A stretch of 44,454 nt of DNA from Deltaproteobacteria bacterium HGW-Deltaproteobacteria-1 (GCA_002840635.1 PHBN01000001.1:1-44454), one strand, 5' to 3'; shown: positions 9,846 through 19,783, counted from the first letter of the stretch. Notes: generated by a model from the sequence alone, not told the origin. Numbers and translations are program-made.

Positions 9846-9861
9846 TGGCAGGTTATTTGCT
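9846..9861 (+). promoter_or_regulatory. putative sigma-54 promoter
   Basis: (T)TGGCAGGTTATTTGCT, near-consensus GG-N10-GC. Confidence 0.6.
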
Positions 9862-9892
9862 GTTACGTTATGATGTTATAAAAATATCGAAC

Positions 9893-10156
9893 CCTGAAGG
9901 CGTAGTCACAGGCAGATGATTTCTTTCTCTGTAAGGATCGGACTTTGGAAAACGATCAGGGAGAAAAGAACCAATGAGAATTTCAGAATGGCTGGATAAA
10001 AAAGAAACAGGAGGCATTGACGTATCTCAGATCACATTGCCTGATAGCCTGCCTTATGACGAAATGCCCGACGAGACCATTTTTTTTTAAGGAGATTGGG
10101 TGGCGCTTGATCAAAGAGTGAATTCGGAGAACTTACTCAGAAGATGGAGAATAGAC
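9893..10156 (+). repeat. diverged direct repeat copy A (counterpart 32187..32675), internally deleted
   Basis: Colinear blocks CCTGAAGGCGTAG, GAGAAAAGAACCAATGAGAATTTCAGAATGG...GAGACCATTTT and ATCAAAGAGTGAATTC...GATGGAGAATAGAC are shared with copy B. Confidence 0.92.
9974..10097 (+). pseudogene. truncated paralog of the 32270..32578 hypothetical gene
   Basis: MRISEWLDKKETGGIDVSQITLPDSLPYDEMPDETIFF*; a T9 run (T8 in the intact copy) gives TAA at 10088-10090, and the rest is deleted. Confidence 0.88.
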
Positions 10157-10546
10157 ATCAGGGAAAAAGTGAAGCCATGGGACTGCCTGGTGATCAATGC
10201 CTGATTGGTTATAAATCCTAAAATATGAAATATAGCAGTTGTGTCAGATTCCGAGATACGCATGCATTTCTTCACTGATAGTATTTACCTACTAATGCAT
10301 TATAGATATTCTGCTATTGCCCCGGGTTCCGAATGCAGATATTTTATATGCGTACAAGAAAAAATATTTTTTCCTAGTTCACATATGCGGATGTTTGGAC
10401 ACGCGCCGTAATTGTGTTGAGGGTGGTATGCCAATGCAAATAAAAGAAACAGGGGGCCGGCGACAATTCCTGCGTCCCATGCCGACGGAAATGATGCGGT
10501 TAACCTATATTGTTATGAGCGTAATGTAGATGGATAAGGGTATCTC

Positions 10547-12478
10547 ATGAATCGGGAAAATGAATCAGGAAACATGCCGTCGGAAAAGCCCGCTATTTTC
10601 CCCACCAGTCCGAATGACCTGGCGGGCGCATCCTCCCAAGACACAATCATAAATTTCCATTCAGCCGAGTTCAATTATACGGACAATCTCAATGACTATT
10701 CCGGCAACTATCGAGCCTTCCAGTCACTCGACGGTGTGGTCACCGCCGACATGCGCCATCAAACGGAGCGTCTGCACGGGAGAAACGTAGTTGATACGGC
10801 TGTGGATAAAACGGCCTCCTCAAAAATAATTGAGTGGGAAAGAAACGCAGAAGCAACCCGCGAGGCTTTGCCACCCATAACCGTGGTCTCCCAGGGGCGA
10901 ACTTTAATTGTTGATACGGATATCGGACGTGCCATCGCCTGCGGCAGACGCCTCCATGATCAAGGATTGGTGTGTACGCTGCTGATCACGAAAAAAGAAT
11001 CCCCGGATGTAGCCCCCCGGTTTGATCCATTTAATACGCTTGAGGTCATCGCGGTATCGATTACCGGTGCCCTGGGCGGATTTTCCGCAACGGTGACCAG
11101 AAACGGGAACCCGCAACCTCTGTCGGAATGGTTTGGCGACGAGGCGTCCGCATTTGATCTTGTTTTGGATCTTCAAGCCACGCCCTCTTTTGCAGGTGGT
11201 GGTCTACCGATGGGTTATTACGCCCCCGGATTGAATCTTGCGACCCTCGATGAAATGATGACCGAACTGCCTCAGATGCGCGGCCGGTTTCATAAGCCGC
11301 AATTTACGGTCCTTCTGAAAACCCATTGTCTGCATAGTCTATCGCGTAAAAGTAACTGCAGCCAATGTCTTGATGTCTGCCCCTTCGGCGCAATCCAATC
11401 CGTGAATCGAACCATTTCAATCGATTCTCGCCTGTGTCAGGGTTGCGGCGGCTGCGCCATGGTCTGCCCTGCGGGTGCCATTCAAATGGACCACCCATCT
11501 CATAAAGAACTGTTGAGCAGCCTGCAACTTACACTTGCAGAACAACGGGCAGATTCCGCATTACCGCCGTCTCTGGTGATTACGGATTTGGAAATAACCG
11601 AAAGCAACAAACTTCCGGGGATGGATGAGGGGAGTTCTCACCGCCGGATCAATTTCAAAGTGGAGCAAATCGGTTATGTCGGACTGGAGATGATTCTGGC
11701 CGCATTGGCCTATGGCGCAGGGTCGGTGGTCGTGGCCTGCGGCGCGCAAAACCCTCTCAGCATTAAAAAGGCCGTCGAGTGGCAGGCTCAAATTGGCAAT
11801 GCCATCCTGAGGGGCCTCGACATGTCGGAGGATAAAATCCAGTTTGCCGTCATTGCAGATGAAAACAACCGGCCTGAAAATGCGCTCCCCGTGACGGTAG
11901 GCCTTGACGCACGACTTGACCAACCTCTTTTGCCGCCTGAAACATTGTCCCCCATCTACGATAAACGGACACTGACCCGGCTGACAACCCAACATCTTTA
12001 TGATCAATCCGGTGTGCGACAACCATGCATTCCTCTGCCGACTGGCGCCCGGTTCGGCGCGGTGGGGGTGGACTCCGCTGCCTGTACCCTTTGCATGGCC
12101 TGTGCCGTTGTCTGTCCTTCCAACGCTCTGTCTGCGGCAGGCGATGTGCCAAGGCTTGAATTAATTGAAGCCCGCTGTCATCAGTGCGGCCTGTGCATAG
12201 AAGCATGCCCCGAAAGGGCGATGCACCTGCTGCCCCGGATGCTCTGCGACCAAGATGCTGTCCAGGCGCCGGCAATGCTCAATGAAGCCCAGCCGGTCAG
12301 ATGCATCGAGTGTGGTGTGCCCTTTGCCTCGCAGGGCATGGTCAATCGCATACAGGGGAAACTTACAGGCCACTGGATGTATAAGGCCGAACGGCAATTA
12401 CGCCGTCTGCAAATGTGCCGGACCTGTCGCACAAGGGATGCCCTTTCGTCACAGGATATAAAAGAATGGAATCGATAA
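10547..12478 (+). CDS. FDH-associated polyferredoxin (4Fe-4S dicluster protein)
   Basis: Several ferredoxin-type Cys motifs (CQGCGGCAMVCP, CTLCMACAVVCP, CHQCGLCIEACP) plus CIECG and CRTCR; first gene of the fdh operon. Confidence 0.88.
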   Translation: MNRENESGNMPSEKPAIFPTSPNDLAGASSQDTIINFHSAEFNYTDNLNDYSGNYRAFQSLDGVVTADMRHQTERLHGRNVVDTAVDKTASSKIIEWERNAEATREALPPITVVSQGRTLIVDTDIGRAIACGRRLHDQGLVCTLLITKKESPDVAPRFDPFNTLEVIAVSITGALGGFSATVTRNGNPQPLSEWFGDEASAFDLVLDLQATPSFAGGGLPMGYYAPGLNLATLDEMMTELPQMRGRFHKPQFTVLLKTHCLHSLSRKSNCSQCLDVCPFGAIQSVNRTISIDSRLCQGCGGCAMVCPAGAIQMDHPSHKELLSSLQLTLAEQRADSALPPSLVITDLEITESNKLPGMDEGSSHRRINFKVEQIGYVGLEMILAALAYGAGSVVVACGAQNPLSIKKAVEWQAQIGNAILRGLDMSEDKIQFAVIADENNRPENALPVTVGLDARLDQPLLPPETLSPIYDKRTLTRLTTQHLYDQSGVRQPCIPLPTGARFGAVGVDSAACTLCMACAVVCPSNALSAAGDVPRLELIEARCHQCGLCIEACPERAMHLLPRMLCDQDAVQAPAMLNEAQPVRCIECGVPFASQGMVNRIQGKLTGHWMYKAERQLRRLQMCRTCRTRDALSSQDIKEWNR

Positions 12479-13161
12479 TGCAAAAGATGGATGCTCCGGA
12501 ATGGTTTACCACCTATGCGGATATGCGCAGCGACACTTATGTGATGCTGGCCGCACTTCTGGGACTTCCTCCCTCAGAAGACCTCCTGGGCGTATTACAA
12601 AATCTGGAGTGGCCCCAGGCCACTCCAGAGCCGCTTAGCAATGCTTTAGAAGCCTTGCGCCAGGCCGGACAAAACACATCTCTTGGCGCGATGAAAGACG
12701 AATTTAACAGGCTGTTCATCGGCCTGGGAACCGGTGAGATGGTGCCTTATGCATCGTGGTATAAAGAAAAAAAGATACAGTCGTTGCCACTGGCATCCTT
12801 ACGCTCAAGCCTCCTTGAACTGGGCATTTTGAGGCAAGCGGGCAGCCATGAGTCAGAAGATCATGCCGGGGCACTCTGTGAAATCATGGCGCTTATTTCC
12901 CGTCAATCCAACCCTATTCCCCTTCCAGTGCAGGCCAATTTTTTTCAACGCCATATTGCATCGTGGATAATCGCCTTTTTCGAAGATCTGCGTTTAGTAA
13001 AAGACGCCTCGTTTTATAGCGTGGTCGGTTTGTTCGGCAGTCGTTTTATGGAATTAGAGCACAAATATATGAATCTGGGTGAACACACCCCATTCCCGAT
13101 TAAAACAAGGAGGATTCAAAATGGAAATAAAAGTATCCGGCGGCAGACGGGCGTTTATTAA
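12478..13161 (+). CDS. TorD/DmsD family molybdoenzyme maturation chaperone
   Basis: EFNRLFIG, PYASWY, ESEDHAG, FFQRHIASW; ATG overlaps the upstream TAA (TAATG). Confidence 0.9.
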   Translation: MQKMDAPEWFTTYADMRSDTYVMLAALLGLPPSEDLLGVLQNLEWPQATPEPLSNALEALRQAGQNTSLGAMKDEFNRLFIGLGTGEMVPYASWYKEKKIQSLPLASLRSSLLELGILRQAGSHESEDHAGALCEIMALISRQSNPIPLPVQANFFQRHIASWIIAFFEDLRLVKDASFYSVVGLFGSRFMELEHKYMNLGEHTPFPIKTRRIQNGNKSIRRQTGVY

Positions 13162-13318
13162 AGGTGCGGCTATTTTCTGCGGGTCTTTAGCGCTGATGGG
13201 CATCGTCAAGCCTGCACCGGTCAAGCCTGAAGAACCATTGCCTCAGTCATCAGAGTCCAAAGGCGGGTATCGATTAACGGAACATATAAAAAAATATTAT
13301 GAAACGGCGAAATTATAA
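13121..13318 (+). CDS. small Tat-signal protein of fdh regions
   Basis: RBS AAGGAGG; GRRAFIKG twin-arginine motif; C-terminal GYRLTEHIKKYYETA. Confidence 0.82.
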   Translation: MEIKVSGGRRAFIKGAAIFCGSLALMGIVKPAPVKPEEPLPQSSESKGGYRLTEHIKKYYETAKL

Positions 13319-13352
13319 CTGATCGACTATATACAAGTGGAGGAATGCCTAA

Positions 13353-16241
13353 ATGAAACCATTCAATAAAAAGTGGCTGACGCGGATTTCTTCCGAACCT
13401 GCCTCTCAAAAAGGCATCGACCGGCGAACATTTTTAGGTCGGGGAGCCGTTGTCTTGGGCAGTGGCGCCTTGCTGGGGTTCTTACCGCTGTCATGCGTAA
13501 GGGATGCCACGGAAGAGGAAAAGAAGAATTTCCCACGGCCTGATGTAAAGATGGAATACCGCCGAAGCATTTGCACCCACTGCTCGGTGGGATGCGGTGT
13601 AATCGCCGAGCTTCAAAACGGCGTATGGGTAGGCCAGGAACCCGATTATGAATCACCCTTCAATCTTGGTTCTCATTGTGCAAAGGGAGCCTCCGTCCGG
13701 GATCATGGCTTTGGCGTCAAACGTTTAAAATATCCTATGAAGCTCGTGAACGGGTCATGGCAAAGGCTATCCTGGGACCAGGCCATCAATGAGATCGGCG
13801 ACCGCTTTCTGAAGATTCGCAAAGAGTCGGGTCCTGATGCGGTGTTTTTCTGTGGATCCTCTAAAGCGAGCAACGAGGGTTCTTACCTTCAACGAAAATT
13901 CGCCGCGTTTTGGGGCACGAACAATATCGATCACCAGGCACGCATCTGCCATTCGACTACGGTAGCCGGCGTAGCGAGCACTTGGGGCTATGGCGCCATG
14001 ACCAATTCCTACAACGATATGCATAACTCCAAAGTCATGCTGTTTCTCGGCAGCAATGCCGCCGAGGCCCACCCGGTGGCCATGCAGCATGTATTGAGGG
14101 GAAAAGAAAACGGCGCTAAAATTATTGTCGTGGACCCGCGCTTCACGCGCACGGCAGCCCATGCCGATATCTATGCGAGGCTTCGCCCGGGAACAGATAT
14201 TCCTTTTATTTACGGTCTGCTCTGGCATATTTTCAAGAATGGTTGGGAAGACAAGCAATACATCGCCCAGCGGGTCTGGGCGATGGACGATATCCGCAAA
14301 GAGACCAATAATTGGCCACCCGATGTCGTGGAAAATGTGACGGGCATGCCGAAAGAAAAGGTATATGAAATTGCCAAAACCATGGCGGAAAACAAGCCTG
14401 GCACCATCGTTTGGTGTATGGGCGTCACTCAGCACCATATGGGCACTAATACCACAAGGCTTTTCTGCATCCTCCAGCTGGCCCTGGGTAACATTGGCGT
14501 CGCCGGCGGCGGTGCCAACATCTTTCGCGGCCATGACAACGTGCAGGGGGCAACCGATATAGGCCCTAATTCCCATACCCTGCCCGGATATTATGGACTG
14601 GCTGAAGGGGCATGGAAACATTGGGCTCGCGTCTGGGATGTGGATTATGAATGGCTCAAAGCCCGGTTTGATATGACGGGTAAATATGATTCCGGGAACG
14701 GTACCCCGGAATACACCATGTTCATGGAGGGAATCCCTGTTTCACGCTGGATCGACGGTGTCCTGGAGGACAAGAAAAATATCGCCCAAAGGGATAATTT
14801 CCGAGCCGTTTTCTTTCAAGGCCATGCCGCGAACAGTCAGACCCGCGGCGTGGAGATGAAGAAAGCATTAGAGAAACTGGAAATGGTCGTGATCTCCGAT
14901 CCCTATCCGACCCACATGGCGGTGATGAGCGACCGGAAGAATGATACCTATCTTCTGCCGACCTGCACCCAGTTTGAAACCTACGGATCCGTCACCGCCT
15001 CGAATCGTTCACTGCAATGGCGGGAAAAGATTATAGAACCGCTCTACGAAGCATTGCCGGACCACACCATTTTATATAAATTAGCCAAGAAACTGGGCTT
15101 TGAGAAAGAACTGTTCAAACATATCAAGGTGACAAACGACGAACCCCTGATTGAAGACATTCTGAGGGAAGTTAACCGTGGCGCCTGGACCATCGGCTAT
15201 ACAGGACAGACCCCTGAGCGTCTCAAGCTTCAGGCCAAGCATCGGGGCACTTTCAACACAACAACCCTGAAAGCCGAAGGCGGTCCCTGCAACGGCGAAT
15301 ATTACGGCCTGCCCTGGCCCTGCTGGGGGGCGCCGGAAATGAAACATCCCGGGACGCCGATCCTCTATGATCCCAGCAAACCGGTTGCTGAAGGTGGACT
15401 GGTTTTCCGGGCTCGCTTCGGCACGGAACGAAACGGCCAAAACCTGCTGGCCGAAGGGGCCTATTCCCAAGGTTCGGAAATCAAGGACGGTTATCCGGAA
15501 TTCACCGACGTGCTGCTCAAAAAACTGGGCTGGTGGAATGATCTCACGGAGGCGGAAAAAAAGGAAGCTGAAGGGCGCAACTGGAAAACCGATCTCTCCG
15601 GCGGTATCCAGCGGGTAGCCATCAAACACGGCTGCGCACCGTTCGGGAACGCAAAGGCCCGTTGCCAGGTCTGGGAATATCCCGACCCCGTCCCGATTCA
15701 CCGTGAACCCCTTTATACACCAAGGTTCGATCTCGTGAAGAAATATCCCACGTATCAGGACCGTAAGATATTCTGGCGGTTGCCGACCCGGTATAGCTCC
15801 ATTCAATCCGTTAATCACAGCCAGAAATATCCCCTGGTTTTTACCAGTGGCCGATTGGTGGAATATGAGGGGGGCGGTGCGGAGACACGCTCCAATCCCT
15901 GGCTGGCCAAGTTACAGCCGGAAATGTTCGCTGAAATTAACCCGAAAGATGCGAATGATGCGGGCATCGGTAATGAACGATACATGTGGTTGGAGGGTGC
16001 GGAAGGGGGCAGAATCAAGGTAAGGGCCATGGTCACCCCGAGAGTCGGTCCCGGTGTGGTCTGGACACCGTTCCATTTCGGCGGCTGGTTTGAGGGTAAG
16101 GATCTCTATGACCGTTACCCGGAGGGCACCGTGCCCTATGTGCGCGGTGAATCGTGCAATACCGCCACCACCTATGGCTACGATGCCGTTACCCAGATGC
16201 AGGAAACCAAAGCAACGCTCTGCCGTATAACACCTGCGTGA
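13353..16241 (+). CDS. fdhA: formate dehydrogenase alpha subunit (Mo/W-bisPGD, Cys ligand, Tat-exported)
   Basis: DRRTFL Tat motif, CTHCSVGC...C Fe-S site, DHQARICHSTT, RGHDNVQG, C-terminal molybdopterin-binding domain. Confidence 0.96.
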   Translation: MKPFNKKWLTRISSEPASQKGIDRRTFLGRGAVVLGSGALLGFLPLSCVRDATEEEKKNFPRPDVKMEYRRSICTHCSVGCGVIAELQNGVWVGQEPDYESPFNLGSHCAKGASVRDHGFGVKRLKYPMKLVNGSWQRLSWDQAINEIGDRFLKIRKESGPDAVFFCGSSKASNEGSYLQRKFAAFWGTNNIDHQARICHSTTVAGVASTWGYGAMTNSYNDMHNSKVMLFLGSNAAEAHPVAMQHVLRGKENGAKIIVVDPRFTRTAAHADIYARLRPGTDIPFIYGLLWHIFKNGWEDKQYIAQRVWAMDDIRKETNNWPPDVVENVTGMPKEKVYEIAKTMAENKPGTIVWCMGVTQHHMGTNTTRLFCILQLALGNIGVAGGGANIFRGHDNVQGATDIGPNSHTLPGYYGLAEGAWKHWARVWDVDYEWLKARFDMTGKYDSGNGTPEYTMFMEGIPVSRWIDGVLEDKKNIAQRDNFRAVFFQGHAANSQTRGVEMKKALEKLEMVVISDPYPTHMAVMSDRKNDTYLLPTCTQFETYGSVTASNRSLQWREKIIEPLYEALPDHTILYKLAKKLGFEKELFKHIKVTNDEPLIEDILREVNRGAWTIGYTGQTPERLKLQAKHRGTFNTTTLKAEGGPCNGEYYGLPWPCWGAPEMKHPGTPILYDPSKPVAEGGLVFRARFGTERNGQNLLAEGAYSQGSEIKDGYPEFTDVLLKKLGWWNDLTEAEKKEAEGRNWKTDLSGGIQRVAIKHGCAPFGNAKARCQVWEYPDPVPIHREPLYTPRFDLVKKYPTYQDRKIFWRLPTRYSSIQSVNHSQKYPLVFTSGRLVEYEGGGAETRSNPWLAKLQPEMFAEINPKDANDAGIGNERYMWLEGAEGGRIKVRAMVTPRVGPGVVWTPFHFGGWFEGKDLYDRYPEGTVPYVRGESCNTATTYGYDAVTQMQETKATLCRITPA

Positions 16242-16320
16242 CCCGTTTGTCGGGATCTGTGCAAAGCGGAATTATTTTCTAGAAGAAGATAATTTCTGAC
16301 TTACGAAAAGGAGACAAACC

Positions 16321-16929
16321 ATGGCTAGAATGAAATTTCTCTGTGACACCGAACGCTGTATTGAATGCAATGCGTGCGTGACGGCCTGTAACAACGAACA
16401 TGACGTTCCGTGGGGCATTAACCGGCGGCACGTGGTCACCTTGAAGGACGGAGAGAGCGGAGAAAAATCCGTCTCCGTAGCCTGCATGCACTGCACGGAT
16501 GCACCCTGCGCAGCTGTCTGCCCCGTTGATTGCTTTTACACAACGCCGGATGGCATTGTCCTGCACGACAAGGATCTGTGCATCGGGTGCGGCTATTGTT
16601 TCTATGCCTGCCCGTTCGGAGCGCCCCAATTTCCAGAACAAAACTGGTTTGCGGCACGCGGCAAGATGGACAAATGCACGTTCTGCGCCGGCGGACCAGG
16701 TCCGGACAACTCTGTCGAGGAATACAAAAAGTACGGCCGCAACCGGATTGCCGAAGGCAAATTGCCTCTATGCGCGGAAATGTGCGCGACAAAGGCGCTG
16801 CTTGCCGGAGATGGTAATGTCGTGTCTGACATCTATATTCAACGCATTACGAAGCGTGGGGGCCGTCCTCAGACATGGGGATGGGAGACCGCTTATAATT
16901 TCAAATCAGGTAAGGGGGAAAATCCATGA
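16321..16929 (+). CDS. fdhB: formate dehydrogenase beta (Fe-S) subunit, FDH3B type
   Basis: MARMKFLCDTERCIECNACVTAC, CMHCTDAPC, CIGCGYCFYACP, KCTFC. Confidence 0.95.
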   Translation: MARMKFLCDTERCIECNACVTACNNEHDVPWGINRRHVVTLKDGESGEKSVSVACMHCTDAPCAAVCPVDCFYTTPDGIVLHDKDLCIGCGYCFYACPFGAPQFPEQNWFAARGKMDKCTFCAGGPGPDNSVEEYKKYGRNRIAEGKLPLCAEMCATKALLAGDGNVVSDIYIQRITKRGGRPQTWGWETAYNFKSGKGENP

Positions 16930-17114
16930 GATTAAAATATTTGATCCTGGCGGTAATGATGGCACTTGCGGGGATCGCCGGATGTTCCCCAGAACCGCGC
17001 AGTGTGACTATGCATGAACCGGGTGTATACAAGGGCGCTAAAGATCCGTTGCTTGCGTTAAAAAATCAGCAGGAGTTGATCGATCGCTTCAAACTCGTGC
17101 AAACCGACCGCTGA
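16926..17114 (+). CDS. small lipoprotein of the fdh operon
   Basis: Lipobox IAGC; ATGA overlap with fdhB. Confidence 0.75.
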   Translation: MRLKYLILAVMMALAGIAGCSPEPRSVTMHEPGVYKGAKDPLLALKNQQELIDRFKLVQTDR

Positions 17115-17127
17115 ATAAGGAGGCGTT

Positions 17128-18117
17128 ATGACAACGAAAAGCAGAATTCTGCCGATCAGACGTCTTGTGATCTTAGCCGTGCTTCTTTCACTGCTGGGAG
17201 GAGCGATGTCCTTTCAGGTGATCGGCTCTGATCTCGAAAACCCGCGGGCCAACTTCTGGCGTGTGGTCCGGGAGGGCGTTCCGGCCTATACCTCCACGCC
17301 GGATCAGGGGCACACAGTTCTCATTCAGAACAGCGGCGAGAACTGGCGGGAAATTCGCAACGGTCTCATTGCGCGGATTTCTCCGTGGATCATTATACTG
17401 GCTCTGATAGGCATGGCCGCGTTCTATCTGATTGTCGGCCAGGATAAATTGGAAAAACCTCGTTCTGGGGTGATGATCGAGCGTTTTACTTATCGGGAGC
17501 GCTTTCTGCACTGGTCTACAGCCTTGCTGTTTATTGTAATGGCTGTCACGGGGTTGAGTCTTCTTTTAGGACGCTTCGTGCTGATACCGATTTTCGGGCA
17601 TTGGCTTTTTTCAGGATATCTACAGGGTGCAAAAGTATTACACAATTATTGTGGCCCCCTGTTGCTTGCAGGAATTCTTTTGGAATTTGTCCTCTGGGTC
17701 CGTTTCAATATTCCCCGAAAGATTGATCTTCAGTGGTTCAAAAGTATGGGCGGCATGATTGGCAGTGGACCACGGCCACATATCGGGAGAGTCAACGCCG
17801 GCGAAAAGGGATGGTTCTGGCTGATATTTATTTTCGGGAGTGCCGTGGGGATCACCGGTGTACTGCTTGATTTCCCCATTTGGGAACAGACTCGCCTCAC
17901 CATGCAGGTCTCTCATGTCGTACATGCCGTGGTGGCGGTTCTGTTTGTTACCGTCTCCTTTGGACATATTTATATGGGAACTCTTGGCATGGAAGGCGCT
18001 TTTGAAGCCATGTGGTCTGGTTCCGTCGATGCTGTATGGGCAAAGCAGAACCATGATCTCTGGTATCAAGAAAAGATGCGGGAGAGTACTGTAAAACCGG
18101 ATGCGGAAATGTCTTGA
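17128..18117 (+). CDS. fdhC: formate dehydrogenase gamma subunit (cytochrome b)
   Basis: ERFLHW, LHNY, NAGEKGWFW, SFGHIYMGT; TM helices with His ligands. Confidence 0.95.
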   Translation: MTTKSRILPIRRLVILAVLLSLLGGAMSFQVIGSDLENPRANFWRVVREGVPAYTSTPDQGHTVLIQNSGENWREIRNGLIARISPWIIILALIGMAAFYLIVGQDKLEKPRSGVMIERFTYRERFLHWSTALLFIVMAVTGLSLLLGRFVLIPIFGHWLFSGYLQGAKVLHNYCGPLLLAGILLEFVLWVRFNIPRKIDLQWFKSMGGMIGSGPRPHIGRVNAGEKGWFWLIFIFGSAVGITGVLLDFPIWEQTRLTMQVSHVVHAVVAVLFVTVSFGHIYMGTLGMEGAFEAMWSGSVDAVWAKQNHDLWYQEKMRESTVKPDAEMS

Positions 18118-18186
18118 TGTAGAACAGAGTACCTCTGGTATTCCGTTGATAGGCAAACAGAAAAACAAGATTCAACAAAAAGGAGA

Positions 18187-18612
18187 ATGGATATGAAAAA
18201 AATTACAATGTTGTTAGTCATTGTCGGGATGATGGCCTTGGGGATTGGTGTCGCTATGGGTATGCATCATGCAGTTAAAATTCAAGAAAAGAATGGCATA
18301 GGAAAATATCTTACAGATACAGAGGGGAACACCCTGTATACATTTAAAAAAGATTCTCCTGGAAAAAGCGCTTGCACCGGCCCTTGTTTAGAAAAATGGC
18401 CCATCTATTACAGAGAAACAGTTGCTGCCCCCAAAGGGACAAAGGCGTCGGATTTTGGGACGATTACCAGGGAAGACGGTAAGACACAGACAACCTTCAG
18501 GGGCTACCCGCTTTATTACTGGATTAATGACAAAAAGCCCGGCGAAACCACTGGCCAGGGTGTAAAGAATGTATGGTTTGTTATTAATCCGGATAATTTC
18601 CCACTTAAGTAG
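18187..18612 (+). CDS. secreted repeat protein with Y-X4-D motif (COG4315-like)
   Basis: G-TLYTFKKD, SACTGPCLEKWP, GYPLYYWIND...G-TTGQG...WFV. Confidence 0.85.
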   Translation: MDMKKITMLLVIVGMMALGIGVAMGMHHAVKIQEKNGIGKYLTDTEGNTLYTFKKDSPGKSACTGPCLEKWPIYYRETVAAPKGTKASDFGTITREDGKTQTTFRGYPLYYWINDKKPGETTGQGVKNVWFVINPDNFPLK

Positions 18613-18757
18613 TCCTGCACAAAGGACAGGGGATCACCAGGCGGGAATGATAAAAATACGCTATTTAATTCTGGTATATATTTCGGGGTGAAACCAGCAG
18701 CATTTGCTTAAACCAATCTGAAAAAGAGTTTCAACCGAAAACATAAGAGAGGCAGGG

Positions 18758-19477
18758 ATGATGGATTTATGGATTAATACATTTTACAGCATGGTTAACA
18801 GTTTGGGTTTTCCCGATCCCATTCATGCCATCCTGGTGCATATACCGATGGGTCTGACGATAGGCGCCTTTTGCTTTGCCTGGATTTCCGCACTCTCCAG
18901 TTGGAAAAGACTGGCCGTAACGGCGTATCATTGTATTACCCTTTCTCTTGTTTTTCTATTACCCGTAATCATCTTCGGATTTGCGGACTGGCGGCATTTC
19001 TATCTCGGTGCCTGGCTTACGCCAATCAAAATAAAGATGGTTCTGGCCGTTATTCTTTTGTTCCTTTCATTTGTGACATTTCTTTTGGGTTTCAAGGGCA
19101 AGAAAAGTTCAAGGATTACTCTAGCTCTTTATACGTTCTGTCTCATAACTATCATTTGTCTCGGCTGGTATGGTGCAAGGATCGTCTACGGGGAACAAAT
19201 GCCGCCGCATTCAAATAAATATCCAATCGGCGAAAAAATATTTATTGCGAACTGCAACATTTGTCATGCTAATGGAGGCAATAAAATTAGTCCACAAAAT
19301 CCTCTGAGAAGCTCCGACAATTTAAATAACTTAAAGGCCTTCATTTCGCTGATCCGCCATCCTGTAAAACCAATGCCAACATTCACAGCATCCCGGATAT
19401 CCGACCAAGAGGCTAAGGAACTCTATGATTACATTGTGAATGAAGTCAATCGCCCATGGGGAACTGACAATAATTAA
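18758..19477 (+). CDS. DUF2231-like membrane domain fused to a monoheme cytochrome c
   Basis: HAILVHIPMG plus four TM helices, then CNICHANGGN...MPTF. Confidence 0.82.
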   Translation: MMDLWINTFYSMVNSLGFPDPIHAILVHIPMGLTIGAFCFAWISALSSWKRLAVTAYHCITLSLVFLLPVIIFGFADWRHFYLGAWLTPIKIKMVLAVILLFLSFVTFLLGFKGKKSSRITLALYTFCLITIICLGWYGARIVYGEQMPPHSNKYPIGEKIFIANCNICHANGGNKISPQNPLRSSDNLNNLKAFISLIRHPVKPMPTFTASRISDQEAKELYDYIVNEVNRPWGTDNN

Positions 19478-19495
19478 CTTAAAGAGGTGTAGAAT

Positions 19496-19783
19496 ATGAA
19501 TCAGCAACAAATGACCAGAGAGACGATAGAATTTGACAACCCATTGCCGGACACCGCCTTTAGTACAATCAACACGATCTGGGATCAATCGGCAAAAATA
19601 TTTTCTGCTATCATTGGTAATGCCAATTTATTACCCGATGATGGGGGAAATGAAACAGACAATGGGATTCCAGCTTATAAAAAAAAACGTGAAGCTCCCC
19701 GTTTGAGCAATAAAGAACTGGCTCGGTTGAAAAAGATTAAGCTTACCTGCCTCCAGGAAGAGCATGCGCTGTGGCTGAAATAA
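19496..19783 (+). CDS. hypothetical protein, resembles a deltaproteobacterial phasin-like family (diverged)
   Basis: MNQQQMTRETIEF...DTAF...DQ...LPDDG...AYKK pattern recalled from Syntrophales helical proteins; RBS GAGGT. Confidence 0.4.
   Translation: MNQQQMTRETIEFDNPLPDTAFSTINTIWDQSAKIFSAIIGNANLLPDDGGNETDNGIPAYKKKREAPRLSNKELARLKKIKLTCLQEEHALWLK

Noticed and set aside
10424-10438. TGGTATGCCAATGCA as a sigma-54 promoter for fdh
   Set aside because: GG-to-GC spacing is 9 nt, not the required 10.
10497-10521. ModE-like box upstream of the fdh operon
   Set aside because: Only the outer CG pairs fit; the TATATA arms match poorly.
13353-16241. Selenocysteine recoding in fdhA
   Set aside because: The active-site codon is TGC (RICH) and the ORF is uninterrupted.
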